The translations under genes and the position numbers were made by a program. From assembly GCA_027618655.1 (NCBI GenBank), contig JAQCEL010000003.1, forward strand, positions 1-61,871: a stretch of 61,871 nucleotides of DNA, read 5' to 3'. The notes beneath the pieces are model-generated. The model searched no databases, had not been told where the DNA came from, and was given only the letters and a program-made list of their open reading frames with translations. Of this stretch, positions 10,301 through 21,873 are shown piece after piece. Source of the stretch: Pseudomonadota bacterium (GTDB lineage Bacteria > Pseudomonadota > Gammaproteobacteria > Ga0077536). Each line of letters opens with the position of its first letter. The stretch's first letter is position 1.

Positions 10301-12006
10301 CTGATGATCTACAAATAAAGATGGCCCAAGGCGCCAAGCCTGGTGAAGGGGGGCAGCTGCCCGGTCATAAGGTCTATCCGGAAATCGCAAAAACTCGCCA
10401 TTCAACACCGGGTGTTGGTCTCATTTCACCGCCACCGCATCACGATATCTATTCCATCGAGGACCTGGCACAACTGATCCATGACCTTAAGAATGCGAAT
10501 CCGGTCGCTCGCATCCATGTCAAACTCGTCGCGGAAATTGGCGTTGGAACGGTTGCCGCTGGGGTCGCGAAAGCCCATTCCGATGTGGTTTTGATCTCTG
10601 GTTACGACGGCGGCACAGGCGCATCGCCCGCGACCTCATTGAAGCATGCCGGCATTCCATGGGAGTTAGGTCTCGCGGAAACACAACAGGTGCTAGTGCA
10701 AAACAAGTTGCGCGACCGCATCGTGGTGCAAGTTGACGGACAAATTAAGACAGGCCGCGATGTCGTCATCGCGGCATTGCTAGGCGCCGAAGAATATGGT
10801 TTTTCGACTGCTCCATTGGTTGTCATGGGCTGCATCATGATGCGCGTGTGTCATTTGAACACCTGCCCCGTGGGAGTCGCCACCCAAGACCCTCGCTTAC
10901 GGGAAAAATTCGCCGGCAAACCAGAATTTGTTGAGACGTTTTTTCAATTCATTGCGCAAGAAACTCGGGAATACATGGCCGCGTTGGGATTCCGGACAAT
11001 GGAGGAAATGATCGGCCAAGTGGATCATCTCGATGTCGAGCGCGCCGTCGATCATTGGAAAGCGCAAGGGCTCGATTTCGCAAAAATCCTCCTGCGTCCT
11101 GAGGTTGGACCTGATGTCGCGATCCGCAAGATCCGCGACCAAGATCACGGGCTCGATGAATCACTCGACCGAACCACCATCGTTCCGCTATGCAAAGACG
11201 TACTGGAAGGCGGCGAACCGGTTGATGCGATCCTTCCGATCAAAAACACGAATCGCACGGTTGGAACCATTCTCGGTTACGAAATTACGAAACGCTATGG
11301 CGGGGCAGGCCTGCCCGACGACACGATCAAACTTCACTTTAATGGTTCGGCCGGCCAGAGCTTTGGTGCATTTGTACCGCGTGGGGTCACCATGACCATC
11401 GAAGGGGATGCGAACGATTACGTCGGCAAAGGGCTCTCCGGCGCCAAATTGATCGTATACCCGCCACGTCATGCGACATTCGTTCCGGAAAATAACATTC
11501 TCGTTGGCAACGTCACCTTATATGGCGCGACCTCCGGCGAGGCCTATTTTCGAGGGATTGCTGGCGAACGTTTTTGCGTCCGCAATAGCGGTGCCCGCGC
11601 GGTCGTTGAAGGAGTCGGCGATCACGGTTGTGAATATATGACGGGTGGTTGCGCGGTAATTATTGGGAGCACGGGCCGCAATTTTGCGGCCGGGATGTCT
11701 GGAGGCGTCGCATTTGTCTACGATCCTGACAAAGCGTTTCCGGCGCTGTGTAATAAAGAAATGGTCGATCTAGAAAAAATAAAAACGGCAGAAGACGAAG
11801 AAATCGTATTGACGCTCCTGAAAAACCACGTGCGTTATACACAGAGCACAGTGGCAATCGCGATCATTGACCGCTGGAAGCGATGCCGCAGCCAATTTGT
11901 CAAGGTCATGCCCAAAGATTACAAGAAAGTCCTGCTTGCAATTGAAACTGCTAAACGGACCGGTATTCCTGAAGGCCAGGCAATAATGGAGGCGTCCAAT
12001 GGCTAA
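7399..12006 (+). CDS. gltB: Glutamate synthase (NADPH) large subunit
   Basis: 1535 aa. An N-terminal propeptide precedes the Ntn catalytic Cys ([11 protein letters not shown]). The FMN/Fe-S central domain and the C-terminal GXGXG-type beta-helix domain are recognisable. Confidence 0.97.
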   Translation: MSDLRPHFPQPGRPEAGLYNAAYEHDSCGVGFVVDMHGRKSHDIIQHALTVLKNLLHRGACGAEENTGDGAGILIQMPDAFLRSRCQEIGIKLPAPQEYGTGLIFLTQDAKDAAICREKFEAIVAEEGQILCGWRDVPVDNSPIGPSALASQPTIQQIFIARGAGIADGDAFERKLYVIRKRIEHAIWTSEIAGREEFYIPSLSHRTLIYKGMLTGKQVELMFPDLCDEQLVSALALVHQRFSTNTFPSWPLAQPFRYIAHNGEINTLRGNANWMKAREALCQSNLFGDDLAKLFPIVLEGNSDSAGFDQVLEFLHMAGRPLPLAILMMIPEAWSGHEAMSPDRRAFYEYYSCLMEPWDGPASIAFTDGKVIGAVLDRNGLRPSRYYVTKDGLVVMASEVGVLDIPPENIEIKERLHPGRIFLVDTEQGRIIDDQELKQEYIDEHPFADWLENNYKHINELPEPTNIEPIVRETLLQRQQAFGYTHEELRILLQPMAEDGSEAIGSMGTDTALAVLSERPRLLYDYFKQLFAQVTNPPLDGIREELVTQVSSPIGPEYNLLAATPASCRQIKIDSPILDNRDLARIRYIELHDFQCRTLSTVYPVADGAAGLERAMNNLFTEVDEAIDLGNSFIILSDRGVDKHRAQIPAALAMAGVHHHLVRNGKRTRVALIAESGEPREIHHFAVLLGYGADAINPYLAIESIDSMLRSRVLKKVSGHRSGEPALTAAIRNFIKAANKGLVKVMSKMGISTVQSYRGAQIFEAVGLNQTFIDQYFTSTATRIEGVGLDVIEQETARRHRNAFPSRVVKRPDLEWGGEYQWRRDGEYHLFNPDTVFKLQHATQSGRFEIFREYTKLVDDQSERRATLRGLLKFKHEREAIPIDEVESIKSIISRFHSGAMSYGSISREAHETLAIAMNRIGGRSNTGEGGEDPDRYIPDANGDSRRSAIKQVASGRFGVTSEYLVNADDLQIKMAQGAKPGEGGQLPGHKVYPEIAKTRHSTPGVGLISPPPHHDIYSIEDLAQLIHDLKNANPVARIHVKLVAEIGVGTVAAGVAKAHSDVVLISGYDGGTGASPATSLKHAGIPWELGLAETQQVLVQNKLRDRIVVQVDGQIKTGRDVVIAALLGAEEYGFSTAPLVVMGCIMMRVCHLNTCPVGVATQDPRLREKFAGKPEFVETFFQFIAQETREYMAALGFRTMEEMIGQVDHLDVERAVDHWKAQGLDFAKILLRPEVGPDVAIRKIRDQDHGLDESLDRTTIVPLCKDVLEGGEPVDAILPIKNTNRTVGTILGYEITKRYGGAGLPDDTIKLHFNGSAGQSFGAFVPRGVTMTIEGDANDYVGKGLSGAKLIVYPPRHATFVPENNILVGNVTLYGATSGEAYFRGIAGERFCVRNSGARAVVEGVGDHGCEYMTGGCAVIIGSTGRNFAAGMSGGVAFVYDPDKAFPALCNKEMVDLEKIKTAEDEEIVLTLLKNHVRYTQSTVAIAIIDRWKRCRSQFVKVMPKDYKKVLLAIETAKRTGIPEGQAIMEASNG

Positions 12007-13447
12007 AGTTACTGGTTTTCTCGATTACCATAGAGAAAAACAACCCTACCGCCCGGTTGAGACACGACTTCGCGATTGGCGACAAGTCATGACGCAATGG
12101 CCAACAAACACCTTAGAAGAACAAGCCGCACGGTGCATGGACTGCGGGATCCCTTTTTGTCATCAAGGCTGTCCGCTTGGCAACTTGATCCCCGATTGGA
12201 ACGATCTGGTATACCGCGAACGTTGGCAGGACGCGATCGATCGACTTCATGCGACAAATAATTTTCCGGAATTTACTGGCACACTCTGCCCAGCCCCGTG
12301 TGAGGGAGCTTGCGTCCTGGGAATTAACGACGAAGCGGTGACGATCAAGGCTGTCGAATTGACGATTATTGATCACGCCTTTGCCCAAGGCTGGGTGGTT
12401 CCGGAACCGCCAATTGTCGAGAGCGGGAAGAAAATCGCCGTTGTTGGTTCCGGACCCGCAGGTCTAGCAGCGGCCCAGCAGTTACGCCGAGCCGGTCACC
12501 GCGTGGTCGTTTTCGAGAGAGCCGATCGGATTGGCGGGCTGCTGCGCTATGGAATACCGGAATTTAAAATGGAGAAGCAAGTGCTCGACCGGCGCTTGCA
12601 GCAAATGGAAGCTGAAGGGGTCGAATTTCGCACCGACTCAAATGTCGGACATAACATTGATGGGAATTCCTTGCGTTTGGAATACGATGCGGTCCTTCTA
12701 ACCGGCGGCGCAACGCAACCGCGAGATCTGCCGATCCCGGGACGAGAACTCGATGGCGTCCATTTCGCGATGGATTTCCTGACACCGCAAAACCGATTGT
12801 GCGAAGGAGACGACATCAACGCAAGCGATGCGATTTCCGCCGCTGGCAAACACGTCGTCATTATTGGCGGCGGTGATACAGGCGCGGACTGCCTCGGTAC
12901 TTCACATCGCCAAGGGGCGAAATCAATTCATCAGCTCGAAATTATGCCGCACCCGCCAGTGTCACGGGCCGAAAGCAATCCGTGGCCCCTATGGCCGCAG
13001 ATTTATCGTGTTTCGTCTGCGCATCAAGAAGGTGGCGAACGGGTTTATTCCGTCTCTAGCCGAAAATTCGTCGGCGACCACAATGGTAAGGTGCGCGCGC
13101 TGGAACTCAATGAAGTCGAAATGAAAACGGAAGACGGACGCACGAGTTTCGTTGAAGTTCCTGGTACGACACACGAGTTGCCGTGCGACCTCGCGTTGCT
13201 TGCGATGGGGTTTACAGGTCCCGAGCAAAACGGATTGCTTGACTCGCTTGCCCTAAAACTCACGCCGCAAGGCAATGTTTGGCGCGACAAAAAGTGGATG
13301 ACTTCCGAACGCGGTATTTTCACTGCGGGCGATATGCAACGCGGTCAATCATTGATTGTTTGGGCAATTGCCGAAGGCCGATCTGCGGCGCATAGCATCG
13401 ACGAATATTTAATGGGGTACTCTGATCTTCCCGCTCCGATCGCATGA
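11999..13447 (+). CDS. gltD: Glutamate synthase small subunit
   Basis: 482 aa with Cys clusters ([17 protein letters not shown] and CPAPCEGAC) and the dinucleotide folds [12 protein letters not shown] and [12 protein letters not shown]. It overlaps gltB by 8 nt. Confidence 0.97.
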   Translation: MAKVTGFLDYHREKQPYRPVETRLRDWRQVMTQWPTNTLEEQAARCMDCGIPFCHQGCPLGNLIPDWNDLVYRERWQDAIDRLHATNNFPEFTGTLCPAPCEGACVLGINDEAVTIKAVELTIIDHAFAQGWVVPEPPIVESGKKIAVVGSGPAGLAAAQQLRRAGHRVVVFERADRIGGLLRYGIPEFKMEKQVLDRRLQQMEAEGVEFRTDSNVGHNIDGNSLRLEYDAVLLTGGATQPRDLPIPGRELDGVHFAMDFLTPQNRLCEGDDINASDAISAAGKHVVIIGGGDTGADCLGTSHRQGAKSIHQLEIMPHPPVSRAESNPWPLWPQIYRVSSAHQEGGERVYSVSSRKFVGDHNGKVRALELNEVEMKTEDGRTSFVEVPGTTHELPCDLALLAMGFTGPEQNGLLDSLALKLTPQGNVWRDKKWMTSERGIFTAGDMQRGQSLIVWAIAEGRSAAHSIDEYLMGYSDLPAPIA

Positions 13448-13516
13448 CGTTGCGACCAAGACTTAAGACACTTTAACGTGATGCAGCAAACTCTGACTGA
13501 ATCTCGTTAACATCTT

Positions 13517-14575
13517 ATGCTAAGTAACAGCCGATTTTTGCGTGCGCTAAGGCGCGAACCTGTCGACGCGACGCCGGTCTGGGTGATGCGCCAGGCCGGG
13601 CGCTACTTGCCAGAATATCGGGCCACCCGCGAACGAGCCGGCGACTTCCTGACGTTGTGCAAAACACCTGAGTTGGCGTGTGAAGTCACTTTACAACCAC
13701 TTGCAAGGTTCCCGCTTGATGCCGCGATCGTCTTCTCCGATATACTCACCATCCCTGACGCGATGGGACTAGGCCTTTCGCTTGTCGAAGGCATTGGGCC
13801 ACGATTCGCACATCCACTGCGTAGCGCGCAAGACATCCGCCGACTGGGTATACCTGATCCAGAAGATGATCTCGGCTATGTAAGTAACGCAATTCGACTG
13901 ATTAAACGCGAACTCGACGACAAGGTTCCGTTGATCGGATTTTGCGGTAGTCCGTGGACCTTGGCGACCTACATGATCGAAGGTGGCAGTGGCCACGATT
14001 TTAAATTAGTTAAGCAAATGTTGTACGACGAGCCCGCGCTCTTACATCAGCTACTCGACTTGCTAGCTAAAGCCAGCAGCGCATATTTGAAAGCACAAAT
14101 ATCCGCTGGCGCAGACGCCGTCATGATCTTCGATACTTGGGGAGGGATCCTCTCAAGTAACGCCTACCATTCATTTTCTTTACCGTACATAAAACACATC
14201 GTCGACGAAGTTGATAACACGGTGCCGACGATTGCGTTCACTAAGGGTGGGGGGTTGTGGCTCGAAACGATCGCCGATATCGGCTGCTCCGCACTAGGTC
14301 TCGATTGGTCGACTGATGTGGGTGAAGCGCGTCAACGCGTGGGTAACCGAGTCGCGCTTCAAGGAAATTTAGATCCTGCGATACTCCGCGCAAAGCCAGC
14401 CGCCATAATCGAACAGGCAACGGCTATTTTGAATTCCTTTGGTGCGCATCCGGGGCATATTTTTAATCTTGGTCACGGCATCACTCCGGATATCGATCCA
14501 GAAAACGTCGCGATCTTGGTCGACACAGTACATACCGCCAGCGCTGCCATTTTACAATCTGCGAAGCACGGGTAA
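13517..14575 (+). CDS. hemE: Uroporphyrinogen decarboxylase
   Basis: 352 aa with the N-terminal signature [16 protein letters not shown] and a later FDTWGG motif. Confidence 0.95.
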   Translation: MLSNSRFLRALRREPVDATPVWVMRQAGRYLPEYRATRERAGDFLTLCKTPELACEVTLQPLARFPLDAAIVFSDILTIPDAMGLGLSLVEGIGPRFAHPLRSAQDIRRLGIPDPEDDLGYVSNAIRLIKRELDDKVPLIGFCGSPWTLATYMIEGGSGHDFKLVKQMLYDEPALLHQLLDLLAKASSAYLKAQISAGADAVMIFDTWGGILSSNAYHSFSLPYIKHIVDEVDNTVPTIAFTKGGGLWLETIADIGCSALGLDWSTDVGEARQRVGNRVALQGNLDPAILRAKPAAIIEQATAILNSFGAHPGHIFNLGHGITPDIDPENVAILVDTVHTASAAILQSAKHG

Positions 14576-14578
14576 GGA

Positions 14579-15490
14579 GTGCGCGGCTCGATAAAACACT
14601 CGTGGGCGCTGCTGATCAAAGGATTCTGCATGGGTGCAGCAGACGTCGTCCCAGGCGTCTCTGGTGGCACGATGGCATTTATTCTGGGTATCTACACGCA
14701 GTTAATTGATGCCATCAAATCGTTTGATACCCCGTGGCTATTAGCAGTCATAAAATTCGATCTGCGCACCAGCTTTACCCGCCCTCACTTTTTGTTTCTG
14801 TTCCCGCTCGGCATGGGAATCGTTAGTGCGGTGCTGTTTTTCACTCGCATTGTCCCAATTCCTAGTTTATTGCATACCCACCCGGAAGCGATTTACGGCC
14901 TGTTCTTCGGCTTAATCGTGGGATCAACCATCATATTGCTGCGTGAAATCGCATCTAAATCACTCATCGATTTCGTTGCGATACTCGCGGGTATGCTCCT
15001 AGGCGCCGTCGTCGTCACGGCGGTACCAACGCAAACTCCGGATACCTGGTGGGTAATCATGGGCAGTGGGGCGCTGGCGATTTGCGCGATGATTCTACCC
15101 GGCATTTCAGGCTCGTTTATTCTCTTGATTCTTGGAAAATACGCGACTGTGCTCGACGGAGTTGGAAGCTTCGATTTCGAGATTATTCTACCTTTCGCGA
15201 TCGGTGCCGCAATCGGTCTAAGTGCATTTTCGCGACTGCTTTCATGGCTGATGCATCGCTATGAACGGCTGATGTTATTGCTCATCAGCGGATTCTTGCT
15301 TGCTTCATTATGGGTGATTTGGCCGTTCCAGCAACGTCATTACGTGATGGTTCGAGGTAAGCAACGTTTGTTAGATTCCCTGCCCATCGCGCCAACCTGG
15401 GAACCGTCCACAGTGCATGCAATACTACTTGCCATCCTAGGGTTGGTGGTCGTTATGGCGGTGAACCAGTTGGCGAGTCGCCGAAACTAG
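14579..15490 (+). CDS. DUF368 family polytopic membrane protein (PopT-like candidate undecaprenyl-phosphate translocase)
   Basis: The motifs VPGVSGGTMAFILGIY and a second LPGISGSFILLILG repeat are typical of DUF368. Multiple TM segments are present. The start could be the GTG at 14579 or the ATG at 14630. Confidence 0.8.
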   Translation: MRGSIKHSWALLIKGFCMGAADVVPGVSGGTMAFILGIYTQLIDAIKSFDTPWLLAVIKFDLRTSFTRPHFLFLFPLGMGIVSAVLFFTRIVPIPSLLHTHPEAIYGLFFGLIVGSTIILLREIASKSLIDFVAILAGMLLGAVVVTAVPTQTPDTWWVIMGSGALAICAMILPGISGSFILLILGKYATVLDGVGSFDFEIILPFAIGAAIGLSAFSRLLSWLMHRYERLMLLLISGFLLASLWVIWPFQQRHYVMVRGKQRLLDSLPIAPTWEPSTVHAILLAILGLVVVMAVNQLASRRN

Positions 15491-15567
15491 CTTCAATTAG
15501 CCCGATCAAGCTGAGTAATTCAAGTTTGCTATAGCGCTGTTACTCTGCGCTGTGATTAACTTAGTAC

Positions 15568-18021
15568 ATGCCAATTTCTGAACTTGTCCTTGTCGTAACG
15601 GGCCTACTTGCCATCTCGATGTTGGCGGCAAGCCTCACTCGAAACTCACCGATCCCGTATACCGTTTTTTTGGTCGTACTTGGGATATTGCTGTCAAGCA
15701 TGGCTGATTTCGTACCCGGCTTGGGGGCATTAAAGGAATTTCAACTCACGCCTGATCTCGTTTTTTTTATATTTCTACCCGCACTAATTTTCGAATCCGC
15801 GTTAAATCTCGATGCACGACAATTATTGAAAGATATCGCACCGATCTTCATTCTTGCGGCACCCGCGTTAGTGATATCGACGGCAATTATTGGACTCGGG
15901 ATCTGGTTATATCTTGATTTAGATCTGATCCTAGCTTTGCTGTTTGGCGCGCTAATTTCTGCAACTGATCCGGTCGCGGTTGTCGCGTTATTCAAGGAAC
16001 TCGGAGCGCCAGCCCGCTTGAACACACTGGTAGAGGGGGAGTCACTATTTAATGATGCAACAGCCATCGTGCTGTTTAATATTTTGCTAGGCATCGCGCT
16101 TGCCGGAAGTTTTGCTGCCAACGATATCGGCTATGCCGTTGTGCAGTTTCTTCAGGTGTTTTTTGGTGGGATCATTGTCGGCTCACTGATCGGATTTGGC
16201 CTTGCGGAAATAATGCGTCGAATTCGGGGCAGTAATCTCGCGATTATTGTCATGTCGCTAGTTATTGCGTATTCCAGTTTTGTTATCGCCGAGCACGTTT
16301 TGCACGTATCCGGAGTAATGGCGGCCATGTCTGCTGCGGTCGCCATGGGCGCGTACGCGGTGAGTCGGATCCCGCCCGACGCGTTACATTCCGTACACGA
16401 AACCTGGGAAGTGATCTCACTGGTGTGTAATTCCCTTCTGTTTCTTATGATTGGTCTGTCGGTTGATTTGACCGCCATGGTCGGCCATATCGACGGAATA
16501 ATTGTCGCATCTTTACTGGTTTTGATCGCACGCGCCGCGACAGTGTATAGCCTAGTACCAGGCACAATTCGCTTATTCTCCTTGCCCCACGTGAGTCTAG
16601 GTGAACGCCATATCATGTGGTGGGGCGGCCTCAAAGGCGGTCTGGCAATCGCCATTGTTTTATCGATTCCCGAGTCGCTAGGCCAACGGCAACTGTTAGT
16701 GGAACTCACTGTGGGGGTTGTGTTGTTTACCTTACTCGTCAATGCGCCGTCTATTCGCCCACTAATTAAGCGGCTTGGTATTGATCGATTGTCCGAAGAG
16801 GAGATCACTGAACTACAACGCGGTCTTGTCGATGCGGAGCAAAGTTCGAAATCGGTTGTAGAACGTTTAACCAAGGCCAATCTACTCACGCAAGAACACG
16901 CGCAGGAAATTGCACAAACGCTCAGCGGCCATTTTAAAAGCGATGTCCGACATCCCGATACTGGCCTGCATTTACGCCACGCTTATGTCGAGGCGATTGA
17001 TCTCGAAGCACAAGAACTCGATAAGCTTTATGAGCTCGGATTAATCATGGAATACACGTTTCTCGACTTGCGGGCGCAATTGCATCGCCAGCGCGAGGCA
17101 TGGATGGCAGCCGAGTTCAACGAAGTCACGATTGATGGTGATTCGATAAGCAACCCATTCCAAGGTTTCGAGCGAACCGTTTTGCGCTGGATGCGTGAAC
17201 ACAACACGCTAGCACCTGTGTTAGCTCGGGTTCAACGCGCGCGATTGAGTCAAGCGGTCCAGCGCGACATTGCCGGTATTCTGTGCGGTGAAGCCGTAAT
17301 TTCTAACTTGGTCGCGATCAGCGGCTTGCGAGCTGAAGATGTCGCGATCGTCGTTGACCACTATCAAGAAAAGATTAAGCAAAAGCGAGTATTTTTAAAT
17401 CAAACTCGAAGTGATTTCCCGGAATTCTTTCGCAGTCTTGAAGGGTATTTAACTCAGGCCGCGGCGCTCGCGAGCGCCGGCAGTTTCGCGCGGCGGAGCT
17501 ACCACCACGGCGATATCGGGGCAAAGGCATTCAGTCGCATAGACGAAGTGTTAAGGGCCGCGCGCTCAAAGTTACCGGAAATAAAAAATCCGGATCGGGT
17601 ATTTGGCGCCGCGGAGTTAATTGAGCGGGTTCCGCTGTTTTCTGGATTAGATCACGTGGTCCTCACCGAACTCGCCGATCAGTCGCAAACAATCACCTTC
17701 CTGACCGGCGATGAGGTGATTGGGCAAAATCAGAGAGGCAATGCGCTATACATTATTGTCAAGGGCTCGGTCGCCGTGTCGCGCGAAGAAGACGATGTAG
17801 TTATTAATATTGGTGGACTAGTTGCAGGTGATTTTTTCGGTGAAGCCGCGTTGCTCGGCGATGAAATACGCACGGCGCGAGTGGTCGCAACATCGCCGCT
17901 AACGTTGCTGCGCTTAACGCGGAAAAATGTACTAGAGCTGGCCGAGAACCACCCAGGTATTAACGAGAAACTTAATGCGGCCTACGTCGCTCGCGCAGAA
18001 GGACAAACGAATAAAAACTGA
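15568..18021 (+). CDS. CPA1 (NhaP-type) Na+/H+ antiporter fused to a C-terminal cyclic-nucleotide-binding domain
   Basis: The N-terminal ~410 aa are polytopic with the ATDPVAV and ESLFNDA exchanger motifs. A helical linker follows. The C-terminal cNMP domain contains DFFGEAALLGDEIRTARVVA. Confidence 0.85.
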   Translation: MPISELVLVVTGLLAISMLAASLTRNSPIPYTVFLVVLGILLSSMADFVPGLGALKEFQLTPDLVFFIFLPALIFESALNLDARQLLKDIAPIFILAAPALVISTAIIGLGIWLYLDLDLILALLFGALISATDPVAVVALFKELGAPARLNTLVEGESLFNDATAIVLFNILLGIALAGSFAANDIGYAVVQFLQVFFGGIIVGSLIGFGLAEIMRRIRGSNLAIIVMSLVIAYSSFVIAEHVLHVSGVMAAMSAAVAMGAYAVSRIPPDALHSVHETWEVISLVCNSLLFLMIGLSVDLTAMVGHIDGIIVASLLVLIARAATVYSLVPGTIRLFSLPHVSLGERHIMWWGGLKGGLAIAIVLSIPESLGQRQLLVELTVGVVLFTLLVNAPSIRPLIKRLGIDRLSEEEITELQRGLVDAEQSSKSVVERLTKANLLTQEHAQEIAQTLSGHFKSDVRHPDTGLHLRHAYVEAIDLEAQELDKLYELGLIMEYTFLDLRAQLHRQREAWMAAEFNEVTIDGDSISNPFQGFERTVLRWMREHNTLAPVLARVQRARLSQAVQRDIAGILCGEAVISNLVAISGLRAEDVAIVVDHYQEKIKQKRVFLNQTRSDFPEFFRSLEGYLTQAAALASAGSFARRSYHHGDIGAKAFSRIDEVLRAARSKLPEIKNPDRVFGAAELIERVPLFSGLDHVVLTELADQSQTITFLTGDEVIGQNQRGNALYIIVKGSVAVSREEDDVVINIGGLVAGDFFGEAALLGDEIRTARVVATSPLTLLRLTRKNVLELAENHPGINEKLNAAYVARAEGQTNKN

Positions 18022-19507
18022 CAATAATGCAACAACAGAGCAGCAGCATCGGCGTTGACCCGTAGCGGGCGAATGGCGTCAATCCGGCGCGCGGGACCAT
18101 CGTTCCGCTAACAACTTCGCTAACAAACTGCTTCGACTTAACAACAATCTTGCCGCGTTCGTTAATGATTGCTGAGAAGCCTGTGTTTGTTGCACGCAAT
18201 AAATAACGTTCCGTTTCTAACGCGCGCATGCGCGCTATTTGCAGGTGCTGGTGTGGCGCGATTGAGCGACCAAACCAAGCGTCATTGCTAATGTTAACCA
18301 AAACGTTAGCTGCCGGCAGTGCGCGCAGGATTTCGTTTGCGTACGCGTCTTCATAGCAAATCGACGATCCGATTGTGAAACTATCTGTCCTGAGAAGTTC
18401 TTGATACCGTTTTCCAGCACTAAAATCTGACATTGGAATGCTTAAAAACGAGGTGACGGGACGCAACAAAACATCCAGCGGCAAATACTCGCCAAAAGGA
18501 ACCAGGTGCCGTTTGTCATAACGACCGAAGTGCTTACCTACTTGCAGCAGACTGTTGTAGAGCTCGCCCTTGTGGGACGAATCACTCGTCGGTAATCCTA
18601 TCAGTAGCGACGTGCCAGTTTGCGCAGCCTTGTTCGTCAGATATTCAATTGATTCTGGCACTTGCTGTGGCAAGGCAGGAATCGCTGTTTCCGGCCAGAT
18701 GATGAGCGATTTCCCCCAATGCGGTTCCGACAATTCGCTGTACAGATCAATACTCGCTTGGCGATACCTTTCGGACCATTTAATCTCTTGAGGAACTGCG
18801 CCTTGAACCAATGCGACTGTCTGGGGGGGACCGCTTTCAGTGGTCCACGCCACGGGCTGAAGCGACATTGATACTAGGGCTATGAGTCCAACAAGAACGA
18901 CGCAAGCGATACGGCGGATTCGGTCCCCAACTAGGAAAACAACAATAATCGCGGAGAGCGCGCAAGTAACGTAAGAGATACCGTAAGCACCGATGATTGG
19001 CGCGAACACCGCAAGCGGCGAATCCACTTGACTATACCCAATCAACAACCACGGAAATCCGGTGAACAGCCAGCCACGTAGAAACTCGGCGCTGGTCCAC
19101 ATAATTGGAAACAAAATTAGAATTCGCAGCGTTCTATAACGGGTCGGTGCCGAGGCGACTAAATAGCCGCATAATGCTGGGTAGAGCGATAAGATGAGGA
19201 CGAATAATGCGGTAATAGCCACCGAAAATGCGTACACGGGCAAGCCGAACTGATGGACACTGATCTGAATCCACGATACGCCAAAACCAAATTGACCGAG
19301 ACCGAACAGGAAACCCGCGATCAATGCTGACTTAGGACTTGCTTGATCCCACAGCCAAAATAAAGCGCTTAAGCAAACTGGAGCTAATAGAAAGTAATCG
19401 AAGGGAGCGAATGCGAGAGGCAACAAGGCCCCAGATCCGATCGCCACGGTTGCAGGACCGAATTCCAATCTACGCCTGGTGACGATTTGCTTGGCGTTGA
19501 TATTCAA
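17972..19507 (-). CDS. lnt: Apolipoprotein N-acyltransferase
   Basis: 511 aa with a multi-TM N-terminus and a CN-hydrolase domain (WPETA, SICYEDAY, NISNDAWFG). It is the last gene of the miaB-phoH-ybeY-corC-lnt cluster. Confidence 0.93.
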   Translation of the reverse strand: MNINAKQIVTRRRLEFGPATVAIGSGALLPLAFAPFDYFLLAPVCLSALFWLWDQASPKSALIAGFLFGLGQFGFGVSWIQISVHQFGLPVYAFSVAITALFVLILSLYPALCGYLVASAPTRYRTLRILILFPIMWTSAEFLRGWLFTGFPWLLIGYSQVDSPLAVFAPIIGAYGISYVTCALSAIIVVFLVGDRIRRIACVVLVGLIALVSMSLQPVAWTTESGPPQTVALVQGAVPQEIKWSERYRQASIDLYSELSEPHWGKSLIIWPETAIPALPQQVPESIEYLTNKAAQTGTSLLIGLPTSDSSHKGELYNSLLQVGKHFGRYDKRHLVPFGEYLPLDVLLRPVTSFLSIPMSDFSAGKRYQELLRTDSFTIGSSICYEDAYANEILRALPAANVLVNISNDAWFGRSIAPHQHLQIARMRALETERYLLRATNTGFSAIINERGKIVVKSKQFVSEVVSGTMVPRAGLTPFARYGSTPMLLLCCCIIVSFYSFVLLRERRRPH

Positions 19508-19534
19508 ACGCTGATCATCAGCACATCGAACGGA

Positions 19535-20395
19535 TTAAACAGCGGCGCTCTCGTCAAGTCTAATCGCGCGTAGAAGGTGGATGCGTCGCTTATCTGCACG
19601 CAGTACTTTAAATTCAATTCCCCCGAATGCAATTGCTTCGGCGCGTTCCGGTACATGACCGAATTCGTTGGTGACGAGTCCGCCGATCGTGTCATAGACA
19701 TCGTCTTCGAATTCTGTAGCGAAAAAAGCGTTAAATTCTTCGATGGGGGTGTGAGCCTTCACGGTAAACCGGTTGCCACGATGTTGGCGGATAAATTCCT
19801 CGTCTTCGAAGTCGTATTCGTCGTCGATCTCACCGACGATTTGTTCAATAACATCTTCGATACTAACTAAGCCGTCAATTTCACCGTATTCATCAAGAAC
19901 GATCGCTAAATGATTGCGGCTAGCGCGAAATTCTCGCAACAATATATTTAACCGCTTCGTCTCTGGTACGAAGACCGCAGGACGGAGAATATCCCGGATA
20001 TCGAATCGCTCGTCGAGACCATTCGCCAAGGCAAGTAAGTCTTTAGCCAGCAAGATTCCGAGGACTTTCTCACGTTTGTCATCTAACACTGGGAAGCGGG
20101 AATGTCCTGATTCGATCACGTCCGAGAGGAGCTGCTCTGGAGTCGTATCCTCGTCGATAAAAATCATCTGCGAGCGCGGCACCATAATGTCGCTGACCTG
20201 CATTTCGGATACAAGGAGCGCGCCTTCCATCATGGCGACGGTACTGAGATCGACCAAATGCTGACTTTCGGCCTCGTACAAAACGTCGATGATCTCTTGT
20301 CGCTCGCTTAGGCTTGGAGATATAAATTTAGCAAGGCGCCGCAACCAATTATTCAAGGAATTCTGGTGCGCGCGACTAGTGTCGCCATCGTTCAT
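19535..20395 (-). CDS. corC: CorC/HlyC family Mg/Co efflux-associated protein (CBS pair plus CorC_HlyC domain)
   Basis: 286 aa with a CBS pair (VSDIMVPR..) and a C-terminal transporter-associated domain. It overlaps ybeY by 4 nt. Confidence 0.9.
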   Translation of the reverse strand: MNDGDTSRAHQNSLNNWLRRLAKFISPSLSERQEIIDVLYEAESQHLVDLSTVAMMEGALLVSEMQVSDIMVPRSQMIFIDEDTTPEQLLSDVIESGHSRFPVLDDKREKVLGILLAKDLLALANGLDERFDIRDILRPAVFVPETKRLNILLREFRASRNHLAIVLDEYGEIDGLVSIEDVIEQIVGEIDDEYDFEDEEFIRQHRGNRFTVKAHTPIEEFNAFFATEFEDDVYDTIGGLVTNEFGHVPERAEAIAFGGIEFKVLRADKRRIHLLRAIRLDESAAV

Positions 20396-20844
20396 AGGTA
20401 GGGATCAGGATAACCTAGTTCGTTCATCAACGAGCATTCTTGTGCCTCCATGTCCACTGCGTCGTTCTCGCTCAGATGGTCATAACCCAGCAGGTGCAAG
20501 GTGCCGTGGATCACCAAGTGGGCCCAATGCGCGTGATTGTTCTTTCCATCGCGGCTTGCTTCGCGGTTTGCTACGGGTGCACAGATAACGACGTCACCAA
20601 GCAGGGGCAGCTCAAGATCCAAACCTTCCATAGGAAAAGCTAGTACGTTGGTTGGCCCAGCGCCGTTGCGCCAACGTTCGTTCAAATGCCGACCTTCGTC
20701 CTCCCCGACGATCCGCACGGTTATCTCGCAGGGTTGACTCATTTTAGTCTCGAGCGCAAGTTTCGCCCATCGAACGATATCGCGGGCGGGTGGAGCATCA
20801 AGATCTGTCGCAAATTGAACGGTAACGTGAGTCGCGAGCGCCAT
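20392..20844 (-). CDS. ybeY: Endoribonuclease YbeY (rRNA maturation factor)
   Basis: 150 aa with the zinc motif HLVIHGTLHLLGYDH. Confidence 0.95.
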   Translation of the reverse strand: MALATHVTVQFATDLDAPPARDIVRWAKLALETKMSQPCEITVRIVGEDEGRHLNERWRNGAGPTNVLAFPMEGLDLELPLLGDVVICAPVANREASRDGKNNHAHWAHLVIHGTLHLLGYDHLSENDAVDMEAQECSLMNELGYPDPYL

Positions 20845-20853
20845 GAATGAACG

Positions 20854-21873
20854 TTACTGGTGATTACGCGGATCATTCTCGTGTTCTTCGTAGGCATCCA
20901 AAATGCGTCCAACGAGACTATGACGTACGACATCTGCGGTTCGGAAAAATGTGAAACTGATGCCGTCTATGTTCTGCACGATGTCGACCGCGTGCCGTAA
21001 GCCAGAAGCCTTTCCACGAGGCAAATCGACTTGCGTGATATCACCGGTAATAACCGCTTTGGAGCCGAAACCAATGCGCGTTAAAAACATCTTCATCTGT
21101 TCGATCGTCGTGTTCTGAGCTTCGTCAAGGATAATAAAGGATCCGTTTAGCGTTCGCCCGCGCATAAACGCCAGCGGGGCAACTTCAATCACGTTCCGCT
21201 CGATTAGCTTCGCGACTCTTTCGAAACCAAGTAGCTCATAAAGTGCGTCATAGAGCGGTCGTAAATAGGGATCGACTTTTTGTGCCATGTCTCCGGGGAG
21301 AAACCCTAAACGTTCGCCAGCTTCTACTGCTGGTCGGACCAAACAAAGTCGGTTGACCCGTTCCTCATCAAGCGCGGCGACGGCGCATGCCACTGCGAGG
21401 TAAGTTTTGCCGGTTCCTGCGGGACCAACGCCAAAACTTATATCGTGCGCTCGAATGTTCTCAATATATGCGCGTTGATTGGCGCCGCGTGCCAAAACAG
21501 TTGCACGATTCGTCCGTACGGATACATCCTTTATTTCGCCATCTGTCGCGAGTGTTTCCAGTTCCGATTCTTGAAGTTGTAAGTGAACATCAACTGTGTT
21601 GATAGATTTACGTGCAGTTAAGTTGTAGAGATTAGAAATTATCTGTTCGCCGAGATCAATTGAACGTTGGCTACCGAGGAGCGTAAATTCATTTCCTCGT
21701 TGCCTAACTTCTACACCTAACCGGCGTTCGATTAATTTAATGTGCTCATCAAATTGACCGCATAGGTTCGCTAATCGCCCATTGTCGGGGGAGTCGAGCG
21801 CGAAGCTCGCAGAGGAAAGCGCAGTCAACTGGCCAGCTCGTCTCGAACCATTAGATCTGACATTCGGGTTCAC
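20854..21873 (-). CDS. ybeZ: PhoH-like ATPase (YbeZ)
   Basis: Walker A motif [13 protein letters not shown] and the ILDEAQN motif. The ORF-track start at 21921 would overlap miaB by 71 nt. An in-frame GTG at 21873 or TTG at 21828 is more plausible, so the start is uncertain. Confidence 0.88.
   Translation of the reverse strand: MNPNVRSNGSRRAGQLTALSSASFALDSPDNGRLANLCGQFDEHIKLIERRLGVEVRQRGNEFTLLGSQRSIDLGEQIISNLYNLTARKSINTVDVHLQLQESELETLATDGEIKDVSVRTNRATVLARGANQRAYIENIRAHDISFGVGPAGTGKTYLAVACAVAALDEERVNRLCLVRPAVEAGERLGFLPGDMAQKVDPYLRPLYDALYELLGFERVAKLIERNVIEVAPLAFMRGRTLNGSFIILDEAQNTTIEQMKMFLTRIGFGSKAVITGDITQVDLPRGKASGLRHAVDIVQNIDGISFTFFRTADVVRHSLVGRILDAYEEHENDPRNHQ

Noticed and set aside
16152-16889. 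A 245-aa ORF on the minus strand, antisense to the antiporter gene. Similar long antisense ORFs lie at 833..1273, 2177..2668 and 30088..30543.
   Set aside because: Their composition is Ser/Arg/Thr/Pro-rich and low in complexity, which is typical of shadow frames opposite a real gene. They lack an RBS and recognisable motifs. The sense-strand proteins have unambiguous family signatures.
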